Positions 31,035 through 40,650 of a DNA stretch of 64,000 nucleotides are shown in pieces. The first letter of the stretch is position 1. Each line of letters opens with the position of its first letter. The notes below the pieces were generated by a model. That model did no database searches, had not been told where the DNA came from, and worked only from the letters and a program-made list of their open reading frames with translations. The position numbers and the translations under genes are program-made. Source of the DNA: Vulcanimicrobiota bacterium (GTDB lineage Bacteria; Vulcanimicrobiota; Vulcanimicrobiia; Vulcanimicrobiales; Vulcanimicrobiaceae); the NCBI GenBank assembly GCA_963812155.1, contig CAWETW010000002.1:32001-96000 (forward strand), in the 5' to 3' direction.

Positions 31035-33342
31035 GGGCGCGCGACGCGTCGGTTCTACGGGCGAGCGCGATACTCGCGCCGAGAACCGCGAGCATTGTGA
31101 GAATGCCGGCGACCTGTAACAACGCCGGAACGTAGACGAGGCGGCGCGCCCCGCTCCCCGCGTCCCACGCCATCATCCAGCCGTTCGCGAGCCGCGGCGA
31201 AACCCAGCGCGTCCCGTCGACCGCGCGCCATCCCGCATCGTAGCCGGCGGCGAAGACGAACACCGGCTGCGGCGGCGCGTGCGCCTTCCGATCGCAGGCG
31301 CGGCCGGCGATTGCCGAAACGTCGCCCGCGTGCGGCAGAAAAGCGACGACCGGCGCGCGCCCGTCGAGCGCATATCGGTTCCACGAACCTCGCACCGCAA
31401 CGGTCGCATCGTCTTGGCGCAGACGACCGCCGCGCGGCTGTGCACCGGCCAGTACGCAACTGCCGGGCGGCGTGCGAAAAGCGAGCGGAACGTGCGACGT
31501 CGTCCACACGAACGGATAGATGCTGTCGGGAAGCCACGCGGCGTAACGCCATCCGAGTTTTCCCGAAACCCAGCCGCGTCGAGGATCGGGACTCTCGCGT
31601 GACGCGCGCAGTTGAATTTGCGGCTGCGGCGATGCGATTGCGACCTCGAAGGGACGCAGTTCGGAGTAGCGCAACGGGCTTTCGCCGGCGCCGGCCGCGT
31701 AAGTAAACCCGTTATTGCGCGGGAGTTCGTAGACGCTGGAGAGAGCCGTCCGGCGCAAGGGCCGCAACACGCGCGCGCGCGCCGCAACGCGCTCGAGCCG
31801 TTCGTCGCCGAGCCCAACGAACGCCATCGGCACATTGATGCCGAAGCTTCCCCAGCCGCGCGACCGCACGTACCGTCGAAAAACGAAATACCGGACGTTC
31901 AGCTGGGCAAACGCGTTCCAATCCGGGGCACCCATACGCAGCATCGCGAGCGCATAGGCAAGTTGCGGATTCTGATAGTCGTCGCTAACCGACGGATTCG
32001 ACGCCGGACCGTAGGCGGTAAAATCCCGTCCGTCGTTGGCCGCACCGGTCAAGCCCAGCGGTTCTTCGGCCGGCAGCCAGAGCACGCGACCGGGTCCGTT
32101 CGAGGCGGCGATGCGCATGTCGGCGAGCGCGTCGGCAACGTAGACGGGAGGAACGATCAGCGCGCGCAGCTCCGTTCCGCTCAACGCCGGCGCCGCGCTC
32201 ACCGCTATCAAAGCCAGAACGCCGAAGGCGAATGCCGGCGGCAGCCGCTGCAAGCCGGCTCCCACCGCTAGCGCGATGCCCACGGCCGTGATTGCAGCGA
32301 AGTAGTGCAAATCGCGGAAGGCCGCGGCGTAGGAAATGCGTTCGAACGCCCACGCAAGCACGGGGCTCAGCGGTCCGTAAAGTCCGGCGGTGAGGACGGC
32401 GCCGGTAACGATGAGCGCGATTGCGGCACCGCCCGAGCGCCGTCCCGCAAACAGCGCCAGCGCAACGGCGACGGCCAGCAGCACGTACAGCGCGAGCACG
32501 ACGCCCGCCGGCGCGTACGTCTCGTAATAGTGCGTGAAGTAGCCGAGCATCACCGGAGCGAGTCCGGCCGGCGCGCTGTTGTTATACTCGAAACTCAGCA
32601 GTGCCGGCTGCGAGGCGTAGATCGCCGCAGCCGACCCGAATGCCAGCGGCAGCAGCGCTTGGAGCTGCACGGCGATCGAGATGCCGGCGGCCGCGCACAG
32701 CCGGCGTCCCCATCCCGGAACTCGTGCCGTGACGAACGGCAACGGCGCGATCGCAAACCACGCGATCGCCAGAAACTGAATCTGCGACGCCGCGACGCCG
32801 AGGCAAACGCCGAGCAGCACGGCGCGCATCGCGTCGGGCCGTTCGACGACGCGTCGCGCGAGGGCAACGATTAGCGGAAGCAGCGCGTAACCGAGCAGAT
32901 ACGCGAGATGTCCGGCAGCAATGCGCGTGAAGACGACCGGACCGAACGCATAGAAGAACGCCGCGGTGAATCGTGCCGGCCATGATGTGACCCCGAAGCC
33001 GGAGAGCATGGCCACGCAGCCGGCCGCGGCAAGAAACTCGATCAGCGCGATCCACAGCGCCAGCCCGTTGGCGACGCCGCAGAGTGCGACGAGCGCAAAC
33101 TGCGCGGCGACCGCATACGTTTGCCACGGCAACAAGTTGGCGTGCGCAGTCGAGCGTCCGTCCCAAAGTCCAACGAAGGTCTTGAACCACTCGAACGCCA
33201 GCGGACGCGCGAGCGGCCACGCCCAATCTTGCTGGAATGCAGGAACGCTGTGCGACGCCACGATCGGCCACACCGAAACGGCGCAAGCCAGCGCCAGCGT
33301 GCCGTACGTCAGCAGCGCCGCGCGGCGTTCGCGCGGGATCAC
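31012..33342 (-). CDS. Large multi-TM GT-C-like protein (paralogue 2)
   Basis: QQDWAWP loop, YAFGP..RIAAGH, C-terminal GYDAGW..ANGWMMAW plus TM; GTGA overlap at the start. Confidence 0.7.
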   Translation of the reverse strand: MIPRERRAALLTYGTLALACAVSVWPIVASHSVPAFQQDWAWPLARPLAFEWFKTFVGLWDGRSTAHANLLPWQTYAVAAQFALVALCGVANGLALWIALIEFLAAAGCVAMLSGFGVTSWPARFTAAFFYAFGPVVFTRIAAGHLAYLLGYALLPLIVALARRVVERPDAMRAVLLGVCLGVAASQIQFLAIAWFAIAPLPFVTARVPGWGRRLCAAAGISIAVQLQALLPLAFGSAAAIYASQPALLSFEYNNSAPAGLAPVMLGYFTHYYETYAPAGVVLALYVLLAVAVALALFAGRRSGGAAIALIVTGAVLTAGLYGPLSPVLAWAFERISYAAAFRDLHYFAAITAVGIALAVGAGLQRLPPAFAFGVLALIAVSAAPALSGTELRALIVPPVYVADALADMRIAASNGPGRVLWLPAEEPLGLTGAANDGRDFTAYGPASNPSVSDDYQNPQLAYALAMLRMGAPDWNAFAQLNVRYFVFRRYVRSRGWGSFGINVPMAFVGLGDERLERVAARARVLRPLRRTALSSVYELPRNNGFTYAAGAGESPLRYSELRPFEVAIASPQPQIQLRASRESPDPRRGWVSGKLGWRYAAWLPDSIYPFVWTTSHVPLAFRTPPGSCVLAGAQPRGGRLRQDDATVAVRGSWNRYALDGRAPVVAFLPHAGDVSAIAGRACDRKAHAPPQPVFVFAAGYDAGWRAVDGTRWVSPRLANGWMMAWDAGSGARRLVYVPALLQVAGILTMLAVLGASIALARRTDASRAPTPPPEG

Positions 33343-35960
33343 GCCGGCGACTGGACGCGCCCGGCACGCAGCGACGTGCGCGCCAATGCCGAACGCACGG
33401 CTAAGCCCAGCGCCAGCAGCAGGCACGCAATCGTCAGCACCATTCCTCCGGCATAAGCGATGAGCGTGAGATTCACGATGCGAAACGTGACCGGTCCCGA
33501 ACCGTTGACGATCCAGCCGTTGGCGAAGCCGTCGATCTGCACGTGACCGAGGATCGCCGCCGTTCCCCTAACGCGCTGCAAGCGCCAAATCGGCGCGAAC
33601 GATTGCCGGAAGACGACGGTGCAGCGGCCGCTCAGCGTCGCCTCCACGGTGTACGCCAGCGGATTCTGCTCGCTCCACGTAACGCGCGAGGCCGAGCACG
33701 TTCGAGGCGGAAGGATTGGCGGCGCAGCGTTTGGCGCGGCCCACCGCAGCGTCGCACCGCGCAGCGTCGCCATGGCGTACGGGGGAACGTGTACGGTCAG
33801 GTGTGCGGAACGGACTCCGACCGGCACCTCTTGCGCCGGCAACTGCGGATCGACCCAAATCGCGCCGTGCCGGCCGCGCAAAAAGTCGAGTTGAATCTGG
33901 GCGGCCCCCAGCGGCTGCGCGTCGAGAACCGCTTGCAAGGCCGCGACGCGAGCGAGTTTCGGCAATGGCAGCGAGAAGCAGCGTGGCTGGAGGTAGGTTT
34001 GCACGAAGAGCGATGCGCCGGTAATCTGCGGGTGACGGCGCTGATGCGCGCAGTCGCGGAACTCGGATACCGGAACCGTACGCTGTGAAATCACCGGCGC
34101 CGGAGCCTGCGGCAACCGCACGTCGCCGAAGGACGTGCCCGGCGCGAGATCGGCCGCAACCGGCGTATACGCGGCGCTCGGCTCAAGGACCGCGCGCCAC
34201 ATAAAGTTTTCATAACCGCCGGCGTCCACCGGTTCGTCGTAGACGCCGATCTCCGGTTGCGGCGGGCGCGTCGTTGCCGTTACGAGACGAACGTTCACGT
34301 CGACGTTATCGCTGCGCGCCGCAATGAATCCCGAACGTTGCAAGAGCGCGAGCGTTTCCAGCGACGCCGTCACCTCGGGATCGGGCCACTGCAGGCTCGG
34401 ACTATACGAGTCGGCGGCAATCGCGATCGTGCCGACACCCATGATCGGCGCGAGTGCGCGAGCCGTTTTCGGCTGCACGCTGAGAAACGCATCCGACAAA
34501 CGCGCCTGCACCCGCAGCGTGCCGGGCGCGACCGATTCGGCCATCGCCGGTCCGAGCGCGTCCGACGGCGAGTTGAGCGAGGTAAATCCGTTGATGGTGT
34601 AGGGCGACCAGCGATACTGTACGCCGCGATCGGGCGGCAGCCAGAGCGTATTACCTTGCACGTGCGATTGCGAGAACGTGCGGTACTGGCGCGGCTGACC
34701 CGTTTGCGGCATCCCCGACGCACCCCCCGAGACCGGCAGGAACGGTACGATTCCGCTCAAGGCTAAGATCCACACCGCAATACGGCAGGCGCCGCCATAC
34801 GCGCGAACCGCGACTCGCAGCGCGGCGGCCAGCATGACGAACGCACCGAAAATGTAGAGCGGCGAGAAGTAATCCGGCTCGACGAACGAGCGCATTCCGG
34901 GGACGGCGAAGTGGAACCACGTATAGGCCGCCGGCGCGACGACGATGCCGTCGACCAGCCACAGCCCGAACAGCGCGAAGAACAAGCCCAGGTAGAACGG
35001 CGACCGCAACGCGGGACGACGCGCCAAGAGCACCAGTCCCAACAGCAGCAGCGGCAGAATCGCGCATCCGAGTGCGACGAGGAACGGCTGGCGCGCGATC
35101 GACGTATAATAAAAGCTCTGCAGCCGCAACGTGTTGAAGATGCCGATGTTGGTCGCGTAATGAAGAAACGTGCCGATCGTGAACCGCTGGTTGACCAATG
35201 CGATGTTTCCGCCGGCATTGAATCGCAGATCCGCGACCATCGAAAAGATGTAGAATGCGTTCGCGGCGACGACGGCAGCGGCCAACCCCAGCAACGGTTC
35301 GATCGCGCGAGCGCCACGCAGAAGAACCTCCCGCACCGCAATGACGAGACAGATGACGACCGCCAAGTAACTGACCTGAAGCGCGGGGATGACGAGCAGC
35401 AGCGAGCAGGCAAAGTAGAGCGCGGTCGCCATAGTTGGGCGGCGCAGATACTTCAAGAACAGAAACACGACCAGCGGAAGTGCCTGATACGAGAGGTACA
35501 TGAGGCCCTGGGCGATACGGTCGTACGACCACAGGTTCAACGCGTAGAAAATCGCGAGGGGAACGGAATAGACGCCGGCACCTAGCCGTCTTGCCAGCGC
35601 GTACGCACCCAGCAATCCCAGCACGGTCATCGATGAATACCAGATCCACTGCGCGACCTGCAGGTTGTGGAAGACGGCGATCAAGAGGTTGATGCCGAGG
35701 TGGTAGACCAGCCGCGGCACGCCGATGAACGTATTGTCGGCACCGGCCGAAGCGGCACCGCTCCACGGCAACATGTAATCGGCCCAAAACGGATTGAGCG
35801 GAAAGTTTGCGTCGCCGTATTCGTACAAGCCGCGCGAGTCGAGCAACGGAAAGAAGACCGCGAACGGCAGAAGCGCCAGCAGAGCGGGGCGGTCGTAGAC
35901 GAAGCGCACTGCGACCGTCAACCACTGATAGAGGCGGGTGCCGGGGCGGCGAACGCTCAT
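33339..35960 (-). CDS. Large multi-TM GT-C-like protein (paralogue 3)
   Basis: YGDANFP loop, YALNLW..RIAQG, C-terminal QSFAPIW..DGFANGW plus TM; ATGA overlap at the start. Confidence 0.7.
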   Translation of the reverse strand: MSVRRPGTRLYQWLTVAVRFVYDRPALLALLPFAVFFPLLDSRGLYEYGDANFPLNPFWADYMLPWSGAASAGADNTFIGVPRLVYHLGINLLIAVFHNLQVAQWIWYSSMTVLGLLGAYALARRLGAGVYSVPLAIFYALNLWSYDRIAQGLMYLSYQALPLVVFLFLKYLRRPTMATALYFACSLLLVIPALQVSYLAVVICLVIAVREVLLRGARAIEPLLGLAAAVVAANAFYIFSMVADLRFNAGGNIALVNQRFTIGTFLHYATNIGIFNTLRLQSFYYTSIARQPFLVALGCAILPLLLLGLVLLARRPALRSPFYLGLFFALFGLWLVDGIVVAPAAYTWFHFAVPGMRSFVEPDYFSPLYIFGAFVMLAAALRVAVRAYGGACRIAVWILALSGIVPFLPVSGGASGMPQTGQPRQYRTFSQSHVQGNTLWLPPDRGVQYRWSPYTINGFTSLNSPSDALGPAMAESVAPGTLRVQARLSDAFLSVQPKTARALAPIMGVGTIAIAADSYSPSLQWPDPEVTASLETLALLQRSGFIAARSDNVDVNVRLVTATTRPPQPEIGVYDEPVDAGGYENFMWRAVLEPSAAYTPVAADLAPGTSFGDVRLPQAPAPVISQRTVPVSEFRDCAHQRRHPQITGASLFVQTYLQPRCFSLPLPKLARVAALQAVLDAQPLGAAQIQLDFLRGRHGAIWVDPQLPAQEVPVGVRSAHLTVHVPPYAMATLRGATLRWAAPNAAPPILPPRTCSASRVTWSEQNPLAYTVEATLSGRCTVVFRQSFAPIWRLQRVRGTAAILGHVQIDGFANGWIVNGSGPVTFRIVNLTLIAYAGGMVLTIACLLLALGLAVRSALARTSLRAGRVQSPA

Positions 35961-37204
35961 CGGCCACGGCCGAGCGCGACCGCGGGAAGCGGATCGCCGG
36001 AGCGGTCGACGGGCGTGGCGCGGCCGGTGCGCACGTCCTGGATCATACGCGCGATGACGCTGCGATCGCGCATGCGCGCGACGGCCTCGACGCGATCTTC
36101 CACCTCGCGCCGATGGACGTTGAAAAAATCGACGATGGCGCGCGCGCAGTCGCCGGCATCGGGCGCGAAGGTCTGGCACTCGAGCGCGCCTTCGAAGCGC
36201 ACCAGCGTCGAAACGAGGACCGGCTTGCGCGCGGCCAGCACCGCGTTGAGCGCACCGCTTGCACCGTACGCTGCGGTGTAGGGCAGGACGACGACGTCGG
36301 CGGCGGCCAGGAAGTCGGCAAGCTGCGGCTCGGGAACGAAATCGTACATGTGCGCGCCTTCTTCACGGGCCCGCGCGCGCAACGCCGCGTAGAACGCTTC
36401 GTAGCGCGGATTTCCGCGCAGGCGCGGATGGCGCCCGGCGACGACGTGAAGCGCCAAATCGGGGAGCCTGCGGCGCGCCTTTGCGAACGCGTCCATCAGC
36501 AGTTCCAATCCTTTGTAGTAGGAGGCATATCCGAAAAACAGCGCCACCTTGCCGTCGCCGATCCCGCAGCGGCGGCGTGCCTGCTCGGAGCCGGGTCGCG
36601 CGTGCTCGTGCATGAGCGGATGCGGACACACGTACACCTTGCTCGCTGGAACGCCGTAATCCGACTCGAGGATGCCGGCGAGTTCGACCTCCAGCACGAT
36701 GATGCGGTCCGCTGCCCAATCGAACAGCCGGTAGATCGTGGAGAACCCCGCGCGGCCGATGCGGGAATAGGGTAGAACGAACCCGTTCTCGCGCAGCATC
36801 TCGCGCGTTACCACGCGCTGAGATACGACGCCGTGCAGCGTCGTGACGATCTGCGTGCCGCGCAGGCGCAAGAGTTTCAGAACGAACGGCAGCAACAACG
36901 CCGCGACGACGCCGCCGTAGAGATAGACGTCGTACTCGAGATGGAGCACGTCGACCGGCTCGCGCAGCACCGCAGCCAGTATTTGAAACGCCGACAGGTA
37001 GCCGAACTTCCAGCAACGCCGCACCGTAACGTTCGGCGCATAGGGCTGAGCCGTTCCGAGCGGGCAATCCGGTTCGGCATCGGCGAAGATTATGAATTCG
37101 TCCGGTCCCCCGCGCAGCGGGTCGAGAATCGTCTGCGAGTAGTACGCAATCGAACTTTTGGCGGCGTCGCCGCCTGGGAACGACGTCACGATTCCGATCT
37201 TCAT
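35957..37204 (-). CDS. GT4 family glycosyltransferase
   Basis: MKIGIVTSFP, TTLHGV, FFGYASYYKGLE, ADVVVLPY..SGAL. Confidence 0.88.
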   Translation of the reverse strand: MKIGIVTSFPGGDAAKSSIAYYSQTILDPLRGGPDEFIIFADAEPDCPLGTAQPYAPNVTVRRCWKFGYLSAFQILAAVLREPVDVLHLEYDVYLYGGVVAALLLPFVLKLLRLRGTQIVTTLHGVVSQRVVTREMLRENGFVLPYSRIGRAGFSTIYRLFDWAADRIIVLEVELAGILESDYGVPASKVYVCPHPLMHEHARPGSEQARRRCGIGDGKVALFFGYASYYKGLELLMDAFAKARRRLPDLALHVVAGRHPRLRGNPRYEAFYAALRARAREEGAHMYDFVPEPQLADFLAAADVVVLPYTAAYGASGALNAVLAARKPVLVSTLVRFEGALECQTFAPDAGDCARAIVDFFNVHRREVEDRVEAVARMRDRSVIARMIQDVRTGRATPVDRSGDPLPAVALGRGR

Positions 37205-38175
37205 CGGAGTTCCTTCAAGGATTTGGTACTGCCCGCAACCGCCCACGCACCCTGCTGCGTACGAGACGTCGGCGACTGCACCGCTTTGGCGGCAAGCATC
37301 GTCAGAAATGCCGCCGCTCCGACCGGATCGCAAAGCGCCTGCTGGGCGAACGTGCGGGCCAAGTCGACCGGCTGCGGGTCGTACCAGCGCTCCAGCATTT
37401 CCGGAGGCCAGCGCTCGCGCAACAGGGCGCGCCCTTCGGTAAAACGATTCGACTGCCGCAAATAGTCGTCGAGCGTATCCGGCGTGCGATATTCCAGCAC
37501 CGCCCCGGAGAGATAGGCGTGCGAGAAACCCTGCGCGATGCACACCAGCATGAAGTGCGCGTCCTCGGTATGGCGCGGCACGTTACTGCCCAGAATCGCC
37601 TCGACGAGTCGGCGCGACATTCCGATCAGACGCCCGTTGCTGCAGAGCGCCGGATAGCGCGCGACCGCCTGCGCGCGCAACCGCTCGTGCCGGCGCGCGC
37701 TAAAGATCGCACCGCGCTCCCAAAAGGTGCGCGGATGCGGCAACGCAACGGCGTTTGCGAGCACGAGATCGCTTCGCTCCAGTTCGTCCAGCACGTTCGC
37801 CAGCGTTGCCGGCGGCAGGGCGACGTCGCAATCGATCAACAGCACGCGTTCGACGGCGGAGTCGAGTTCGCGCATCGCGGCGAGCAGCGACGACACCTTA
37901 CCGACGCGCTCGGGATTTCGCCGCACGCGTATTTGCGGGGCGAATTGCGTCAGCGAATCGAGCGCGGCGGCGCTATCGTCCGTGCTTCCGTCGTCGATGA
38001 AAACGGCCTGAAGATTCGGCACCGCCCGTATCGCTGCGCAGAGCTCGACCGGATTACGGCCTTCGTTGTAGCATGGAATCAGCGCGACGCCGGCCGTCTT
38101 CGGGAGAGCGTCAGGCATTATACCGCCGTTTAACGCAGCGGCAACGGGTTCCTTGGCAGCTAATGAAGTCTTCAT
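37201..38175 (-). CDS. GT2 family glycosyltransferase (start 38175 or 38118)
   Basis: IPCYNE, DDGSTD, GK, IDCD, TED motifs. Confidence 0.85.
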   Translation of the reverse strand: MKTSLAAKEPVAAALNGGIMPDALPKTAGVALIPCYNEGRNPVELCAAIRAVPNLQAVFIDDGSTDDSAAALDSLTQFAPQIRVRRNPERVGKVSSLLAAMRELDSAVERVLLIDCDVALPPATLANVLDELERSDLVLANAVALPHPRTFWERGAIFSARRHERLRAQAVARYPALCSNGRLIGMSRRLVEAILGSNVPRHTEDAHFMLVCIAQGFSHAYLSGAVLEYRTPDTLDDYLRQSNRFTEGRALLRERWPPEMLERWYDPQPVDLARTFAQQALCDPVGAAAFLTMLAAKAVQSPTSRTQQGAWAVAGSTKSLKELR

Positions 38176-38191
38176 TCGACAATTACGACAG

Positions 38192-39949
38192 TTAACGGCG
38201 GTACGACGCGACGCCGATCCGCTCGAGCAACGGCAGTTCGGCCGCTGCGGCGCGCGCCGCCGCTACGTCGAAACGGTAGATCAGCAGCGGATTGTGCGCG
38301 AGCAGCGAGCACGGACGTTCGCCGACCCTCTCTACCGGCCGGTACGGGCGCAACAACGCGGAGACGTCGAACTCGCGCGTGACGCGCGCGGTCTGCTGAT
38401 CGATCGCGCGCAAATCGACGTTTTCAAATTTCGACGGCAGTGCGTCCGCCGGCACCGTACGCCCGCGAACGGTTACGATCTCGGGCGAGTACAGCGTATA
38501 CCCGAGCGATGCGGTCGCAAAACGTGCCGCGTATGTGTTGGCCGCAAAGACGACGACGTCTTCGGCCGAGTACGTCAGCGAACATCCGTCGCCGGAATGC
38601 GCGATCGCGGGCGCCACAGCAAAGGTGTTGACGTCGCGCTCTTCGGCCGCGTACGCGCCGTTCGGGCCGCGCAGCGCTGCAGCCGATGCCGTTTCGACGG
38701 CGATCGTTCCGGTAAAGGCGACGAACGTTAGTGCGGCGGCGACCCGGGCCGTGCGCCCGCACGCTTGCGCGAACCATCCGCCGAACGCCTCCCGCCGGTA
38801 CGCTGCGACGACGATGAGCAGCGCGCAGCACAGCGCTGCAGCCGCGAGCGCGGGCGACGGCGCGACGCATTGCAAGATATGCGCCCGCGGTACGACGCCG
38901 AAGTTCAAGAGAAAGTACTCGTCGCTCCCTTCTTGGCAAAACTGCATTAGCGTACCGGCGCAGGAAAGCGCGAGCCCGGCCAGGCTCACGATGCCGTCAC
39001 CCGCAACGGCGGCATAGAGCACCAGCGGCCCGGCAATCCACAAGTAGAACGGAGGATGCGCGCCCGGATTGAGCAGCACCATCGCGAGCGCCGATAGCAT
39101 CGCCGCGCGCGCAACGTCGCGGCGCCCGGGAACGTGCCGCAGTTCCGCCGCGGCGAGAATCACGGGTATTGCAACCGCGACGATCTGTTCGATCACCGGC
39201 AGCGCGGGGAAGGTGAGATGGTGCGGGACGAGCGTCCACAGCGACGCCGTCGACACGCCGCCGCCCGCCGCACCGAAACTGTTGTTGCGGTACGCCGCGA
39301 AGACCGACGCAGCGCGTCCCCACAACACCGGCAGGAGCGTGAGCGTTGCCGCGCCGGCAAACGCCGCCGCCGCACGCAAAGCGCGCGCGAGCGACGCGTT
39401 GCGATATGCCGCCACGAGCAGCAGCGGCACGAACGCCGCCGGATAGAACTTCGTTCCGGCTCCAAGCCCGAGCGCCAATCCCGCAAGTTCGTAACGGCCG
39501 GCGAGCATCGCCGCAATGCCGCCCACGGCGAAGACGTTCGGCAACGCGTCGTTCTGCCCGTGAAACACGGTCACGAAAACGACGGCGGGGTCGAGGAGAT
39601 ATCGCAGCGCCCACGCGTCGGCGTCGGCGCGGCTCGTCGCGCTCGCGCGGACGATCGCGGCGGTCGCGACGTCGGCGAGCCACGCCGGCAGTTTCAGCAG
39701 CGCAATGCGCAGTGGAAGTGCGCCCCACAGCGAGGGGACGAACAGCACCGGTAGCTGCGACGACAGCAAAGCGGCCAGCGAAATCGCCCCAAACGGCCAC
39801 AGCGCCGCCGGCGGGACGCGCGCGAAGTACACGCGCTCGGCGTGCGAGAGAAAAGCGGTGACGTCGTAAACGTGGGCGGTCCAGGGAAGCAGCGCGGCTT
39901 CGACGAGGAGCACCGCCGCGAATGTCCCTACGTGCCAGCGCTCTTTCAG
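38192..39949 (-). CDS. GT-C membrane glycosyltransferase (PIG-M/GT87-like); start uncertain
   Basis: HVYD, LKLPAWLAD, LDP..HGQND, GTKFYP motifs; many TMs and a C-terminal soluble domain. Confidence 0.75.
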   Translation of the reverse strand: MKERWHVGTFAAVLLVEAALLPWTAHVYDVTAFLSHAERVYFARVPPAALWPFGAISLAALLSSQLPVLFVPSLWGALPLRIALLKLPAWLADVATAAIVRASATSRADADAWALRYLLDPAVVFVTVFHGQNDALPNVFAVGGIAAMLAGRYELAGLALGLGAGTKFYPAAFVPLLLVAAYRNASLARALRAAAAFAGAATLTLLPVLWGRAASVFAAYRNNSFGAAGGGVSTASLWTLVPHHLTFPALPVIEQIVAVAIPVILAAAELRHVPGRRDVARAAMLSALAMVLLNPGAHPPFYLWIAGPLVLYAAVAGDGIVSLAGLALSCAGTLMQFCQEGSDEYFLLNFGVVPRAHILQCVAPSPALAAAALCCALLIVVAAYRREAFGGWFAQACGRTARVAAALTFVAFTGTIAVETASAAALRGPNGAYAAEERDVNTFAVAPAIAHSGDGCSLTYSAEDVVVFAANTYAARFATASLGYTLYSPEIVTVRGRTVPADALPSKFENVDLRAIDQQTARVTREFDVSALLRPYRPVERVGERPCSLLAHNPLLIYRFDVAAARAAAAELPLLERIGVASYRR

Positions 39950-40629
39950 AGCGGCGCCCACTGGCCGCCGGCCAGCGTCACGACGCCGGGATAGCGCACG
40001 TTGCCGAACGTGCAGTTCGCGCACCGCAGCGAGCCGTCGACCGACGCGGACGACAACTGCGTGCCGCCGACATTGGTACCGCGCCACGTGCCGCCCCGCA
40101 AATCGGCACCGGAGAAATCGACGTTTGTGAGGTTCATCGCTTGCCCGACGAAAGGCGCCGCGTCGCGCACGTCGGCGTGCGTGAGATCGACGGGATCCTT
40201 CGCGTAGTTCGGACGCAACGCCAGCAGCAGCCACCCCAAACGCGCGGTCGCACGCACCACGTCGCGTCCGCGCGGCGACTGGTCCGTGCGCGCCGCGACG
40301 TTGTATTGACGCACCCACTTGATCGCCCCGGACCAGTCGACCGTCGCCAAATCGACCGCTGCGGCGTCCAGCAACCGCTCTGAAACGGCCGCTTCGGAAA
40401 GGACCTGGACGACGCTCGATTCGACGGCGGCATTCGGCGGGGTCTTGACGAGTGCAACGCGCAACGGTTCCCACGTGCGTTGCGACGGCTGAGATTGAAA
40501 CGCACCCAAGTCGCCGACGAACCCCTTCGTGTCGAAAGGCGCGCCGTCGCGAACCGTCCGGCCGCACCCCGCAACAACGAGCGAGACCGCAAGCGCGATC
40601 GCCGGGAATCGATGCAACGAGTTCCTCAT
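39946..40629 (-). CDS. Lipoprotein with pentapeptide repeats
   Basis: Lipobox VVAGC; VDLTH ADVRD..MNLTN VDFSG ADLRG repeats. Confidence 0.75.
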   Translation of the reverse strand: MRNSLHRFPAIALAVSLVVAGCGRTVRDGAPFDTKGFVGDLGAFQSQPSQRTWEPLRVALVKTPPNAAVESSVVQVLSEAAVSERLLDAAAVDLATVDWSGAIKWVRQYNVAARTDQSPRGRDVVRATARLGWLLLALRPNYAKDPVDLTHADVRDAAPFVGQAMNLTNVDFSGADLRGGTWRGTNVGGTQLSSASVDGSLRCANCTFGNVRYPGVVTLAGGQWAPL

Positions 40630-40650
40630 TTGCGGCAGCGTGTCGCTACG

